DNA of 64,000 nucleotides from Lepidodermella squamata (taxonomy: Eukaryota; Animalia; Gastrotricha): positions 930,001-994,000 of the forward strand of contig JBLDXI010000015.1 of the NCBI GenBank assembly GCA_047495785.1, given 5' to 3'. The first letter of the stretch is position 1; every line of letters starts with the position of its first letter. The notes under the pieces are model-generated. The model was not told the DNA's origin. It ran no database searches and saw only the letters and a list, made by a program, of their open reading frames with translations. This document shows positions 22,624 to 34,687 of the stretch, piece by piece. The position numbers were made by a program, and so were the translations under genes.

Positions 22624-25240
22624 ATGAGGCTCATAATTAATTTTATCTTTAACCTTAATGTTGTCTTAGGTGTGTGTGTTCATTACGACTTTGAAAATAA
22701 AGCCCTACAAATGTGTTTTCACAGGTCAGAAGCTTGACAAAAGTTACCTCAATCTACCGGAGAACAATACGCTGATGGGATACTGGCCGCTATCTGAAGC
22801 TTACGAATTGCAGGAAGCCACTGGGAATTTTCATCGAAAGTCGAACAATGCAAGAGGCTACAGATTATGGCGAGGGGCTGGCCCATCAAATCAGCTAGCA
22901 GCTTCTTATAGCTCAAATCCTTTACCAGGCCGAAAAATGTCGCCACTTTTGAAATTTCGATTCAAATATGTCGCAAAAGCTATGACTGTCGCATTTTTCT
23001 ACTACTCTAGCGGAGCGCCGTCGCTTGCGTTTGAGATGCATTCGAACAAGTTGGATAACAGAAGGGATAAGGACTATCGACCGGCTTGGTTACTGTTACT
23101 CAAGGGCAGTAACATAGAAATCAAATACCGTTGCCCTACAGAGGTCTTCACTTGGAAGAATTTCGGCCTGAAAATCCTTGAAACCCTCGGATCAATTTTT
23201 GGCTCCGCCCCTTCACTAGTTCAACACACGTGTGTTGAGCGCGAATATAATCATAAACTTGAGAAGATTTTCGCGCCAAAGCAATGGAGCTTTATCGCTT
23301 GGACATTTCGATACAAAACGCATCGCATGGAGCTTTACTCGAACATTGCAACTGCGAAAAATCGCCAGGGCAAACGGGTGAATACCGATGAGCAGAGCGT
23401 CATAGCAATTCATCGGCTGAAAGTCGGTCCGTTCGGTCGGAATGATCGCGTGGCCCATTTCGCGTTTTATAATAAAGCCTTAAGTGGCTTGGAGCTTCAT
23501 CGATTACCATGTGCAGCTCGCTTTCACGGGAGATGTGAAGATCATCTGTACGGATTAGCTCCTTATTATGGGCCTAGGAAAGATGCATTACTTCTGTATC
23601 TTCCTTTGGACCTCGATAGCCCTTATTACGACATAGTCCGATCTTTGAAACCAAGCTATGTGAATTCCAAAGAGAATTCAAGATTTGAAGGCGTGGCGAG
23701 CCGTGACTCAAGTCACGCTTGGATTGCCGAGTACAACCTGACCAGTATTGACTTTTGGATCAAAAAGCCGTTCACAGTAACATTCTTCGTCATATGTAAG
23801 CGAGATCCGGGTAAGGGAAATGTTAAGCTGTTCGAGCTGAGTGGGTTGAAGTTTCAGATCAGTGATAGATGTGACAGTATCGATGTTACTTCGAATCCTC
23901 CCATCAGTTTGAATGTGAGATTTGCTGATGGTAACTTTGGCTTCGTAGCTGTTCGGCATGACTTGGATTTGGGAGCGTTGACCTTCGTCCATGCATCTAG
24001 TGGGAAGCTTGAAAGAGTAAGAACATCTATTAACTATTTCATATTAGAAGGCAAATCTTCAATCTGTGTTCTTCCATCCCAGATGCCTCTAAATATCGAA
24101 ACCTTCGAGCTATCTAAGAAAGAAAGAGCTATAATAAAAGCTCAAAACCATTCCCTGCACATCGGACCAGACGAAATCGATTCATTTGCAGGATTGGCCT
24201 GTCTAGGCCTTTTCAACACCACTTTGACGGACGACGAACTTCTATCTATGATTTGTATGTGCCCTGGTCAAGGTCGAACAACCACTCCTGACGTGATACT
24301 TACCAAAACCGATTGTGAGATTGTCAGTCACAATCAAAGGCTTGAACCTAAATGGCTACGGCATGTCTCTGGGTTCCTTCCAATGGACGCTTGGTCAGGA
24401 TTTGGCGATGTTTCGAAACGCTTGACTGGGTTCAGTATAACCGGTGGTTCTGATGAATTTCCGCCGATATTTGCCCTGGGATCTTGGGCAAGGCCGACTT
24501 ATGACGACCCGTTTGGTCAAACTATGAGTGCTCATGGATTTCCGAACCGTCTTCCCACAATTGCAGCTAAAATCATCGGCTTTCTACCAATGGTTAAAAA
24601 GGGTAGTCCACCCAAGGCTTACGCCTTAACTCTCAGCCTTTTCTTCTATCTGAGCGGGAATCGGACTAAGGACTCAATCATTCTCAATCTCAAGATGAGC
24701 CAAAAAGGATTCGGCTTCAACGTGACCTGCCTCACAGATCGGCGGTTTCAAATTAATGATGAAATCGATTTGAAGTACCTGAAATGCGAAGAGGAAAAAT
24801 GGATGCATGTTGTATTTACTTGGAACCCGTTCGATAAGCACTTGACCTTCCATTATTCCAATGGGTCGGTCATGGAGAAGAGGAAATTCCCCGATGCGGA
24901 GAGAATGGATTTCAAGACTTATTCACCTTTTGCACCAACTTTGACGCTCGGTTTGACGGGTCTGAAGCAGCATGATAGATTCGCCTGTCTCCTCTTTGAC
25001 GAGACCATTTTAGAGCGGCCTAAAATAGCTGAGTTTGGCGAGATTTGTCGAACAAAGGGCTACGCATGGTCGAAGGGAGAAGACGTTGAATCCAGGTCGT
25101 TGCCGGGTAGAAAACTCAGCCCAAGACCTACAGATTCTACAAGTTCGAACTATAGGTTGCAGTTCAGCTATTTGATTTATCTGCATATGATGCTAATTGT
25201 TTTTGAGTTACTTTCTGAACCAACAATAAAACAGGATTGA
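22624..25240 (+). CDS. Triple LamG/ConA-like (pentraxin-like jellyroll) protein 1, probably GPI-anchored; exons 22624-22669, 22725-24016, 24083-25240; ~831 aa
   Basis: Three repeats opening GYWPL / LYLPLD / GFLPMD, with W-x-F-x-A-x-T strands and F-YN-x-AL ends; hydrophobic C-terminus. Intron positions match the adjacent paralogue. Confidence 0.72.
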
Positions 25241-25409
25241 ATTTGAAAATTGGACATATTATTCTATTGTTGAGCAAGCCTTCGAAGTTCTTACTTCGAA
25301 TCAAGTCCAAGGCCGGAACTGATTCCAATGGCATGACAAGTAAAAAGCTCCCCCTTAATTTTCTATATCTCTAATAAGTCCTTCGTATAAGGCAAATTGA
25401 TGCTGAACG

Positions 25410-28228
25410 ATGGGCTTTCCAGCTGTGTGTTTTTCTGCGATAATTCTTGCAAGCTACCCGCTATTCGGTAAGTATGTCAAGATTGATAGCTTTCCTTATT
25501 GACTCACTACAAATTTGCGTAATCGTTTGTTCTGTAGGTAGTGCACTACCGTTCAGTAGCATGAACATTCCCCAGAGCAAGTCGGTGATAGCCTATTGGC
25601 CTCTCAACGCCGAATACCAACTGAATGACGCGACCGGACGATTCTTGCCTAACAATAACGTATCTAGAGGCTACCGACAGTGGAAAGGCGTTGGGGCGGC
25701 CAACATCCTCGCTTCATCTTTCACGGCTGCACCCATCGACACGGAAGAATGGCCAGCGTTGCTGAAACTCAAACTCAATCAAGTCGTCCGCCAGTTAACT
25801 CTTGCGTTCTTCATTTACGACCCTGGCGACATTAATCTAAAAGGTTCCACCGTACTAGCAACCGGGAGCCACTTTGTTGATTACGTGAGTGCAATTATCC
25901 CGTCGGACAACATCACGCGACCATCGTGGGAAGTCACGCCTCAGTCCGGTAGTGTTGCTGCTATTTACAAATGCGCCCCGCAAAAGAAAACTCTCGCCAA
26001 CCAAATTAAAGACCTTGATCCGACGCGTTTCAATTTTTGCCCTAAGGGTGGCCATGTTAATATTTACTCAAACGTGTACAACATGAAAGCGTGGAGCTTT
26101 CTCGCCTGGACTTGGGACATCAAAAACGGTCGATCTCGCACGTACTCGAACGCTGCAACTGCTAGAAGTGCGAAAGTACCCCTCAACCAGATTCCTGAAC
26201 ACTCGATGCTACTCGAATGGCTACGTCTCGGCCCGATGGTGACCAATGTTCGGATCGCGAATGTATTCCTTTTCAATAGGGCCCTCCAGCCAATGGAGGT
26301 ATACCTATTGCCATGCGTTGTCCGATTCAGCGGGCGTTGCGAGGAGCATCTCTACGGCCTAGCTCCTTACTATGGACCTAGAAAAGACGCTTTGGTTTTC
26401 TACGCCCCGTTAGATCTTGACAGCCCTTACCACGATCTGGTAAAATCTCGCCCACCCCTCTACCACAACGCTAAGCAGCAAAACCAGAGGATATTTTTTG
26501 TTGCAGCTCGTGACAACGCCAAAGGTTGGATCACTGAGTACAATTTCGCGGACTCTGGCTTCTCGTTCCTGCGATCCTTCACAATAACTTTCTATACATT
26601 TTGCTCCGCCGCTCAGGGTACGCCTGTTGCTCTGTTTCAGATCAGTGGGATTCGAGTGACGATAAGTTCAGAATGTGATACTATTGAAATAGGCATGCAG
26701 CCAAGTTTACGCTTCCCGATTCGCATATTGGAAGGCGCCTGGACTTATGTTGCGATTAAGATGAATGCGGAGAAGGGCGTTCTCAATATGTTCTATACCA
26801 CGAGCGGTAGGGCCAAAGAGGTATGCATGTTACTCCTATAAAGGACCTTAGGTTAAGAGATTATTCGAATATATCCTCAGCTCGTGCTGAAAGTACTAAG
26901 TGCTCGTGCTAAGCTTCGAATAATTCCCCAATTATTACATTTCAAAGGGGATCCAATTTTAGCCCTGGTATGAAGAGGTAAGCTAAAAGCCTTTGCCATT
27001 GGCCCAATGAAGATAGGGAATAGCTCGCAATTCAGAAATGAGGCATAAAGATTGAAATTAAATTAAATGCAACCTTGAAAGCTGTAATCACTGGATTTTA
27101 TTTCAGCTTTCAAAAGCAACAGAGCGGTATCAAGTGACTCACAAATCTCTCAACACCATGGAGAAGCAAAACGATACCTTGGCTATTGGGCCTGATGTAA
27201 TCGACTCGCCAGCTGCTTTGTCATGCCTTGGAATCTACAACGACTCACTGACCGATGACGAAATCTACGACATGCTTTGCATGTGTCCAGGCCAGGGCAG
27301 GACGACAATTCCTAATATTTTATTGGCTAAAAGTGACTGCGAGCTGAGTGCGATTAACGACCGCATAGAACCGCCGTGGCTTCGCAGCGTTGCTGGATTC
27401 TACCCTCTGGACGCAAGGTCCGGTTTTGGAGACGTAACCAAGCGATTGACAGGTTTTTCGATAACTGGAGGGTCTGATGAAAGGTTCCCTCAGTTAGGGC
27501 TTGGGGCACATGCTAAACAGACCTACGACGATCCCTTCGGCCAACCCAACGGCGCTACGGGATTTCCTAATGAAGTTCCTCCGACTCCGGCTAAAATAAT
27601 CGGATATTTATCATCTTCCGCCGCAGCTATTGCTAACTCCCTGACAATAAGCGTATTTTTCTACCTAACTGGCGGTCGGGATAAGGAGACTGTTCTGATA
27701 ACAGCTGACCTCAACCCAAACGGATTGGACTTTGTTATAAGCTGTCTTGCCGACGGGTCCTTCTACGTCAATAACCTGGTTTTACTCAAGGAAATCCGCT
27801 GCCCAGTTGACCAGTGGTTCCAAGTAACGTTCACTTGGAATTCCTATTCTGGGGACATTACTTTTTTCAACGGAGACGGTCAGATTGTGGATAGGGCCAA
27901 GAATGTATTTGATTCCGTTTCATCTTTCTCGACGCCACCTGGTTTTAACACAATACTTGTCCTAGGTGCTAGTGGGCTGCGCCGTAACGACAGATTTGCT
28001 TGTTTACTGGTTGAAAATTCGGTTCTTACCTCTGGTGAATTGGCGGAGTTGCGAGAGGTTTGCCGCACCAAGGGATATTCAAGTTCTGGTTCTTTACGAC
28101 TGCGTTCGGCTATTGCAAGAAGAAAGCAAAAAGGGGCAGCTAAACAGACATCAGCCAGTGCAAACGACTTGGTTTCAGGATCTATTTTACAGTTAATATT
28201 GCTGTACATTTTCTCGAGAGCCTTTTAA
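25410..28228 (+). CDS. Triple LamG/ConA-like protein 2, probably GPI-anchored; exons 25410-25467, 25538-26820, 27107-28228; ~820 aa
   Basis: Paralogue of the 22624 gene (shared HLYGLAPYYGPRKDAL, CMCPGQGRTT, KRLTGFSITGGSDE). Donors GTAAGT and GTATGC and their acceptors are in frame; terminal hydrophobic tail ILQLILLYIFSRAF. Confidence 0.78.
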
Positions 28229-29309
28229 AAAAATGAAACATAACGGAAAACAGGGAAAGAAGATTGTTCTGAGAAATGAGAATATAGCAGGTAAACGATA
28301 GCTGCTCTCACCTGTTGATGCTGCGATACTCGATTTGATTTCCCTAATTAAACAACCTGCCATAAAGCAGTTGCCTTTCTGGCAGTTTTCTTGTTACAGA
28401 AATATTTTCAAGTGCGGTCATGCATAGTCCGATGTTAAAGAAAGATGTGATCAATGGTCAAAATTCAGTGCATCATTAAAGTTTTATGAATCGAGCGACT
28501 TGGGTTTGTTTTTACCGCATTGTCCTTATACTAACTGCTAGAAGAGTAAGATAGTGAATTATCGATTATGTTTGGTGTGCCGGTATTTGTATACTGTATG
28601 AAGTTGGGTTGGCATTTTAGCTAAAGTTTCTCATTTTTTAAGGATTAATTTTGCCTTTTCAATCAGGCCGATATTTGCAAGTAAAAGTGGAACCTTATTG
28701 AGAACCGGAGGGCGAAGTCGACTTTTTACTATTGGCTTAACAGAATTATTGGAATTATTGGCGGTTTTTTCTGAGGGGTTCAATTGATGATAGTAGGTAT
28801 TTTCCCCAAAAATCACCCGTTTTTCCTATTCCCATTACTAAAGCAAAGCGATCCATTCCCCCGAATAAGAAGAGACTTGGAAAACTAACCACTCACCGCG
28901 GCGCTGCTCAGCAAGCTGGATGTTTTACCAGTTGTAATGGTTACCCATCCGTGAAAAACATCACTAATGTCTAATAAAGATACCTACTGGCTACTGGCGC
29001 ATGGAGTTTATACCTTTAACTTTAACAGACCTTCTCTCATTTTGTTTATCAACCACAACTCAGGGCATTGTGTGAAGCTTCGAGCTAGTTGCTAGGTGAT
29101 AATACCACAATGACATAACAGCCCTGCCAAAATTTCATTAAATACTTACCAAAAGGTATATTAAATGAGCGTCTATAATTATAAATATTATTATTAATTA
29201 TATTATTAAAAAATACCTTTAAACCCCTCTTTCTATGATATTTACATTAGTTAAAAATGACGTAACTCTGAAATAATTCGATTTTGCTGTTATAGGATCT
29301 CCAGAATTG

Positions 29310-30287
29310 ATGGTCCGCTTAAAAAATTGGCCGAGGTACTGGACTGTGATACTAATCATTGCAGGCACTTTAGCATGTGTTTACTTGGCAGTTTACAGTC
29401 CGACTATTCGAAACTCTAAGCCGAAGAAGCCCTTGCGAAATGTCATAGTCTACCTCACAACTCTCGGCCGCTATAGCCTCCTCTCGTCGTCATTGCAGTA
29501 CCTTTTCAAAAATTTCAATGCCAAGTACAAATATCCAGTCATCGTTTTCTACGACGGGCCACTGGGAATGGATATTTTCGATAGAGAGGTGAAAAATTGG
29601 ATAACGCCCGAATACCGAAAACTTATCTCCTTCGTCGAATTGGAATTTGAAATGCCGCCGAGATTTCGCAAAACTTATAACCCGGAAACGCTAGAACTCG
29701 GCAAACCCTTCCCGATCGGGTACCGGCATATGATCGACTTTTGGTTCCATCGAATTGTTCACGAACCTGTTATGCAAGACGTAGGGTACTACTTGCGCCT
29801 CGATTCGGATTCGCACATTAATTCAACGATTAATTACGACTTATTCAAGTTTATGGAGTCGAAGGAATATATGTACGGCTACCGCATCAAAAGCGTTGAT
29901 GGGAACTTCGTCACGGATGGTTTGATCGAATTGACTGAGGACTACGTATCTCGGCATGAAAGCACGGTCTGCCATGCCCAAATGCACGAATTCCCGTTGT
30001 TTAAAGAGGAGAGAAAATATGGGTTTCTACCGACGTACTACAACAATTTCGAAGTTCTGCACGTTCCAACTTTCCGTGACCATCCTGGTATTCGAAACTA
30101 TACGCGTGAAGTTGTGGAGTCTGAGAAGATTTACGAGAAGCGATGGGGTGATGCACCATTGAGATATATAACAGTTTCCATGTACCTTAACATTGCGACT
30201 CAGGTGCATAAATTCTGCGATATTAAATACGAGCATCAAGGGTGCAAGTATAATGCAACTTGCAAAAGCCCTGTCTTCGAACCCTGA
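29310..30287 (+). CDS. GT15 (Kre2/Mnt1/Ktr-like) alpha-1,2-mannosyltransferase homologue 1, type II membrane
   Basis: N-terminal TM; NFNAKYKYP, GYRHM..FW, YYLRLDSDS, YD.F..M...YGY, YNNFE, YEKRWGDAP. Confidence 0.88.
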   Translation: MVRLKNWPRYWTVILIIAGTLACVYLAVYSPTIRNSKPKKPLRNVIVYLTTLGRYSLLSSSLQYLFKNFNAKYKYPVIVFYDGPLGMDIFDREVKNWITPEYRKLISFVELEFEMPPRFRKTYNPETLELGKPFPIGYRHMIDFWFHRIVHEPVMQDVGYYLRLDSDSHINSTINYDLFKFMESKEYMYGYRIKSVDGNFVTDGLIELTEDYVSRHESTVCHAQMHEFPLFKEERKYGFLPTYYNNFEVLHVPTFRDHPGIRNYTREVVESEKIYEKRWGDAPLRYITVSMYLNIATQVHKFCDIKYEHQGCKYNATCKSPVFEP

Positions 30288-30872
30288 GATTAATCAAAGT
30301 GAATAAAGCTTCATTTACTTTTCTAATTACAATTCACCTTTTTATGCTATGATCCGGCCTAAATAAAAGGCAAAGTAATCGGTTGGCTTCGAGCTAGGCA
30401 GAACTACAACCTACAACCTACAGCCCCTGTTTTGGATTGCTATGGGGAAACTAGTAGTGCTGTTGTGGAGGGTGCAGGTGGGTATTTTCACCCCGAATTT
30501 ATCTCCAAATGGTCCCCTGGGGTTTTGTGGGCTTTAGTCAGGACCTCTTGAGGTGTGGGAACGGTACCCTCGAACCCTCACCCCTCCAGTACTGCGCACA
30601 CTGCTAAGATCAATCTGTTTTCTCTGAAGATGATGGATTTTATGCATCAGAAAACTGAAATCTTATTACGGGTATTTCGTTGACTTTTGCTACAAGGTTT
30701 CCTCCTCTTCGTTGTCAAGCTTATCCCTCAAAGCTATTGCCGGAGACCAGTGTGAATCATTTAAACTTTAGCCCCTTTCTCTTGTTTTTGGATCACATGG
30801 CTACCTGAACGAGCGATGGTGAAGAGCATTTTAGTTATTTTTTTATTGCAGTATCTGAAATCTACTTTAGGG

Positions 30873-31928
30873 TCAAGATCGAGTCTTATCAGTTCTAGTC
30901 ATCAAGCCACTCTGAGTTGTTGTAACTGGACTGCCGCAGGACTTGCCATACTTGCCCTGATGTTCGTAATCGAAATCGCAAAATTCGTGAACTTGCGCCG
31001 AAACGTTGAGATACATCGCCACCTGGAGATACCGCAACGGCGCATCGCCCCATCGTTTCTCGTAAATCTGATAAGAATCCACAACTTCACGTGTGAAACT
31101 TTGAATACCAGGATGATCACGGAAAGTCGGCACATGCATGACTTCGAAATTGTTGTAGTAAGTCGGAATGCCGTAATTGCGTCTCTCCTCTTTTGTCGGT
31201 GGAAATTTCGGGAGTTGTGAGGTGATCATTGATTTCTCATGCTGCGCTATGTATTTTTCGGCTAATTCAACCAAACCAGTTGTGACGAAGTACAAGTCGC
31301 TACTGCTCAGCCGGTAACCATACAACAATCTGTTCTCCTTCATATAGGTGAAAATGTCGTAATCTATCGGTGAGTGGATTAAAGAGTCCGAATCTAGTCT
31401 CAAATAGTACTCAACGTCTCGCATAACTGGTTGCTTCAACACTCCGTGGAACCAGAAATCGCACATATGTCGGTAGCCGATTGGCCACTGTTTGTTCGTC
31501 AAGGTTTCGGGATTGTAGATTTTGAGAAACTTCTCAGGAATTTCGAATTTTACTTCAACAAATTCGATAAGCTGCCTTTCCTGTAGCTGTATCAACGGTT
31601 TTGATAAATTGTCAAATTTTTGCAGTTCCAACTGCCCGTCGTAGAAAATGATTATTGGATATCGGTACTTCGAGTTGAAGTTTGAAAAGAGATGCCGTAG
31701 TGAGTTAACAAGTACATCGTAACGTTTAGCCGTTGCAAGGTAAAGGATTACGTTCCGTAATTTGATTGGGGGAGGCGGTTGAGTTGTAGAGGTGACAGGT
31801 TCGTTAAGCAGTATTTTGGAGCTGAACTGCAGTGAGGGTCCAAATGCGGCAAAGCAAATACAGCCAGCTATCGCTGATATCGCAAGGAGCCATTTCCTGT
31901 AAGCTGGCCAGCTTTTCATGAACACCAT
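30873..31928 (-). CDS. GT15 mannosyltransferase homologue 2
   Basis: GYRHMCDFW, YYLRLDSDS, YNNFEV, RWGDAP; N-terminal TM; convergent with copy 1. Confidence 0.88.
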   Translation of the reverse strand: MVFMKSWPAYRKWLLAISAIAGCICFAAFGPSLQFSSKILLNEPVTSTTQPPPPIKLRNVILYLATAKRYDVLVNSLRHLFSNFNSKYRYPIIIFYDGQLELQKFDNLSKPLIQLQERQLIEFVEVKFEIPEKFLKIYNPETLTNKQWPIGYRHMCDFWFHGVLKQPVMRDVEYYLRLDSDSLIHSPIDYDIFTYMKENRLLYGYRLSSSDLYFVTTGLVELAEKYIAQHEKSMITSQLPKFPPTKEERRNYGIPTYYNNFEVMHVPTFRDHPGIQSFTREVVDSYQIYEKRWGDAPLRYLQVAMYLNVSAQVHEFCDFDYEHQGKYGKSCGSPVTTTQSGLMTRTDKTRS

Positions 31929-32375
31929 TTTATCGAATCTTTAACGAATATATATTACTAACTCATTTCCTAAATAGATTGGAACGTACATTCTGAAGTT
32001 GATGTTCTGAAGGACAAAAAATCACCGCAGCTAGGTTATGTGTAGGTTATACCTAGTAAGATATTCTATGGGAAAACTTCCCAAAACATGCTTGGGTCGT
32101 GCAAAACTTAGGAGCCAATAGCTGCTTATAAATTCAACCAACAAACCACGACTTGCGTTTTGCGGTGGTATTCTCAGCAAAGCACTAAATTCTTTCCGTA
32201 TGCAATGAATATTAATCTCACCGCCTCATCGATTCGATTAAGGATGCTCGAGTTGCGGCATTTTCTCACCTTAAAATGCGCAATGTTTAGTAAAAATCTC
32301 GTACTGATGTTTCGTGCAAAAAGCCCGAACTAAAATGAATTTATGTTTACCCATTTTTTAAGGGTCCTCCTGTTA

Positions 32376-32488
32376 GCGGAACCAAATATGCTGTAGCGGA
32401 ACCAAATTTTGGAATGGAATTTTTGCATATTTCGACTTCGGTTCCGCAAAAAGCAAATTTGGTTCCGCTACAGCATATTTGGTTCCGC
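32376..32488. repeat. Perfect 34-bp inverted repeat made of GCGGAACCAAAT units (foldback/MITE remnant)
   Basis: GCGGAACCAAATATGCTGTAGCGGAACCAAATTT (32376-32409) and its complement (32455-32488); further GGTTCCGC units nearby. Confidence 0.8.
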
Positions 32489-32624
32489 AACATCAAATTG
32501 GGTTCCGCTAAAAAATATTCCGATTTTTTAACAAGAAAACACAATAACGGAAATTATTATTTTCACAATATCACACAATATCACAATAAAGACGGGAGAT
32601 CTGGCATTCTGGCATATTACGTTG

Positions 32625-34001
32625 CTACAAGAAGTGATGGATCGTGGAAATTAGAGTCAATAATTGAGCCAAAGAAATCGATTCACGATAAGCAGAGGAT
32701 GCATTCAATTCATAGGCTCGCAAAACAGCATCTCCGCCAGGCAGCCCGATCATTGTGAACAGTCGATTTCCGTACAAGGCAGATCGATAACCCTGAATAT
32801 TACTCCCACGCAGCCAAAACTCACCATTAGCCTTATTCATCGCAGTAATGACGACGCAAGCTTCGGAAATTACGTAATCATTGGTCACAATAACTCGGCT
32901 GGTTGCGATGCCTCGAATGTAGAGATTAGTCGTGGTTTGCTGGCAAGAATAGCTTGTCTTGATTATTTGGCCATCACTCCAGCGAAGGGCCACGATAGCA
33001 CTGCGGAATCGGTCAAGCATGAAGATCATCTGACCATCTGTCGCCAACGAATCAGCATCCCTTTGATCTGAAATCACCCCGTTTGACCGCCAAATCTGCC
33101 TCTGAGCGTTTACATCAATGCCGTGAAGATTGACATCGTAGAAGTAAGCATTTTCCAAGCGTGTTAGACTTGTGGCAATCAGGAAATTATTAGCGGCCAC
33201 TGGAACCCAGCGAAGGGATGTCCGGCCAATTTCGGAGTCATCTTGAAACTTGAGTGACCATAGAATCATGCCGGTTTTCATGTCCAACTCAGATATACAA
33301 TAAGGCCGAGAGACAAACAGCCTTCTGTCTTGATAAATTGTTGCTGCGAAAATATATTCATCATCAATTTTTGTTGAGAAGATCAATTTGAGTTCTGGCA
33401 AAGAGAAAGCGGCTAAATTACCAGGTTTACCAGGGTGGGCCGTGTAAACTGTTTTCTGAGACTGACTTATCGCACTGATGAAATCGTGGGCAAACGCTAA
33501 TTGGTGCGAAAACCTAGCCGTATTAATCTGTTCCATAGTTTCGAAGTTGAAAGTCAGCAGTGACGTATCCATCAAGTTTTCGCCCAATTTGATGTCGAGC
33601 CTCATGAATAAGTAGGATTTTGCGTCGATTGTTGTCACAACAGGTTGGGATACGAATGTCCAGTTATCCCTTAGGCTCAGGTTTGCTGGCAACTGCCTAA
33701 CCAGGCGGTTTTTCAGCTGGCCTGTGGCTACGTCAAACATGTAGTACTGGGCGAAGTTATCGTGAACGAAAACTGTATCGTTATGGATTAGGATGTGCGT
33801 GAAACTTGTTTGAACTAGGCCAGTTAACAGGGCTTCCCAACCTAGCTTTGTCCCGCTCAGGTCACTGCTCATTGTTACATTTTTGAAGCCAGTATGATCA
33901 GGCCCGCCTCCAACATCGCTCCATGAATCGTCGTATGATATCTGGCTGAGGCATTTGGTAAAAGTTACCATGACCAGTGCAACTCGAAATGCTGCCATCA
34001 T
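32625..34001 (-). CDS. Secreted or GPI-anchored PQQ/BamB-like beta-propeller protein 2, intronless, 458 aa
   Basis: Signal peptide then SWSDVGGGPDHTGF; blades FDVATG, ELDMKTGMILW, GIDVNAQRQIW, AMNKANGEFW; hydrophobic C-terminus. Confidence 0.75.
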   Translation of the reverse strand: MMAAFRVALVMVTFTKCLSQISYDDSWSDVGGGPDHTGFKNVTMSSDLSGTKLGWEALLTGLVQTSFTHILIHNDTVFVHDNFAQYYMFDVATGQLKNRLVRQLPANLSLRDNWTFVSQPVVTTIDAKSYLFMRLDIKLGENLMDTSLLTFNFETMEQINTARFSHQLAFAHDFISAISQSQKTVYTAHPGKPGNLAAFSLPELKLIFSTKIDDEYIFAATIYQDRRLFVSRPYCISELDMKTGMILWSLKFQDDSEIGRTSLRWVPVAANNFLIATSLTRLENAYFYDVNLHGIDVNAQRQIWRSNGVISDQRDADSLATDGQMIFMLDRFRSAIVALRWSDGQIIKTSYSCQQTTTNLYIRGIATSRVIVTNDYVISEACVVITAMNKANGEFWLRGSNIQGYRSALYGNRLFTMIGLPGGDAVLRAYELNASSAYRESISLAQLLTLISTIHHFL

Positions 34002-34687
34002 TCAATATACAAATTTACTATTGGTTTGATTTCAAATCGCTCAGGTGTCACGATAGGATATTGCTCCTCGGGAAGTAAACTGGTCGATATTGTTGGTTGG
34101 TAAATAATTGTTCAACTGATTCATAACGAAACTTATTGATGGGGAGAGACACCAATTCTGTGGTTTTACTTTAAGAATTGGGTTTTACTTTCGAGCGCTG
34201 AACGCAGCATTTATCTTCTCATTTTCATGTTAATTGCATTTGCGTTTGTCATTCACCGTCTTCTTGTTTGCTTCCAAGTAAATTTACCTGTTTGTTTAGC
34301 TAAATACAGACTATAATGTTATTTGTGGGTATTAGTAGCGAGCATAGCTAACGCTTTCCTCTCGTGATTTTCACTTAATCGTAAAAAAATATTGAAAATG
34401 CATGGCCTTGTAATTATCCTCCGGCCATTAAACGTGGTATTCTGAAATGCATTAGATGATTGAGGTGGCAGGTTTCGAGATCAAAGTGCTTCACAGGCAT
34501 CGGCAGGTTTTGGATTCCGGTGTTTACGCCGCCTATTTCCGATTTTAAACCCTTGTGAACCCCTTAACAAACACTGAGCTATTGCAAATATATTTCATTC
34601 ATCACCATCCAATTGATAATTGATCAACAAAAATTAACGACCTCACGACCGCCCAGCCATCACCACCAACCACCACTTAGCAAGCAG

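Noticed and set aside
22670-22724. GTG start of the 856-aa ORF (likewise the TTG start at 25447 and other non-ATG starts)
   Set aside because: Eukaryotic locus: these positions fall in introns or out-of-frame first exons, and ATG exons with signal peptides splice in frame.
32376-32510. CRISPR-like short repeats with spacers (also 60140-60345)
   Set aside because: Units are only 8-12 bp, occur in both orientations with irregular spacing, no cas genes are present, and the context is eukaryotic.
21282-34001. Bacterial or fungal contaminant stretch
   Set aside because: The foreign-looking genes are interleaved with intron-containing genes and have eukaryotic signal peptides, AATAAA signals and upstream splice acceptors.
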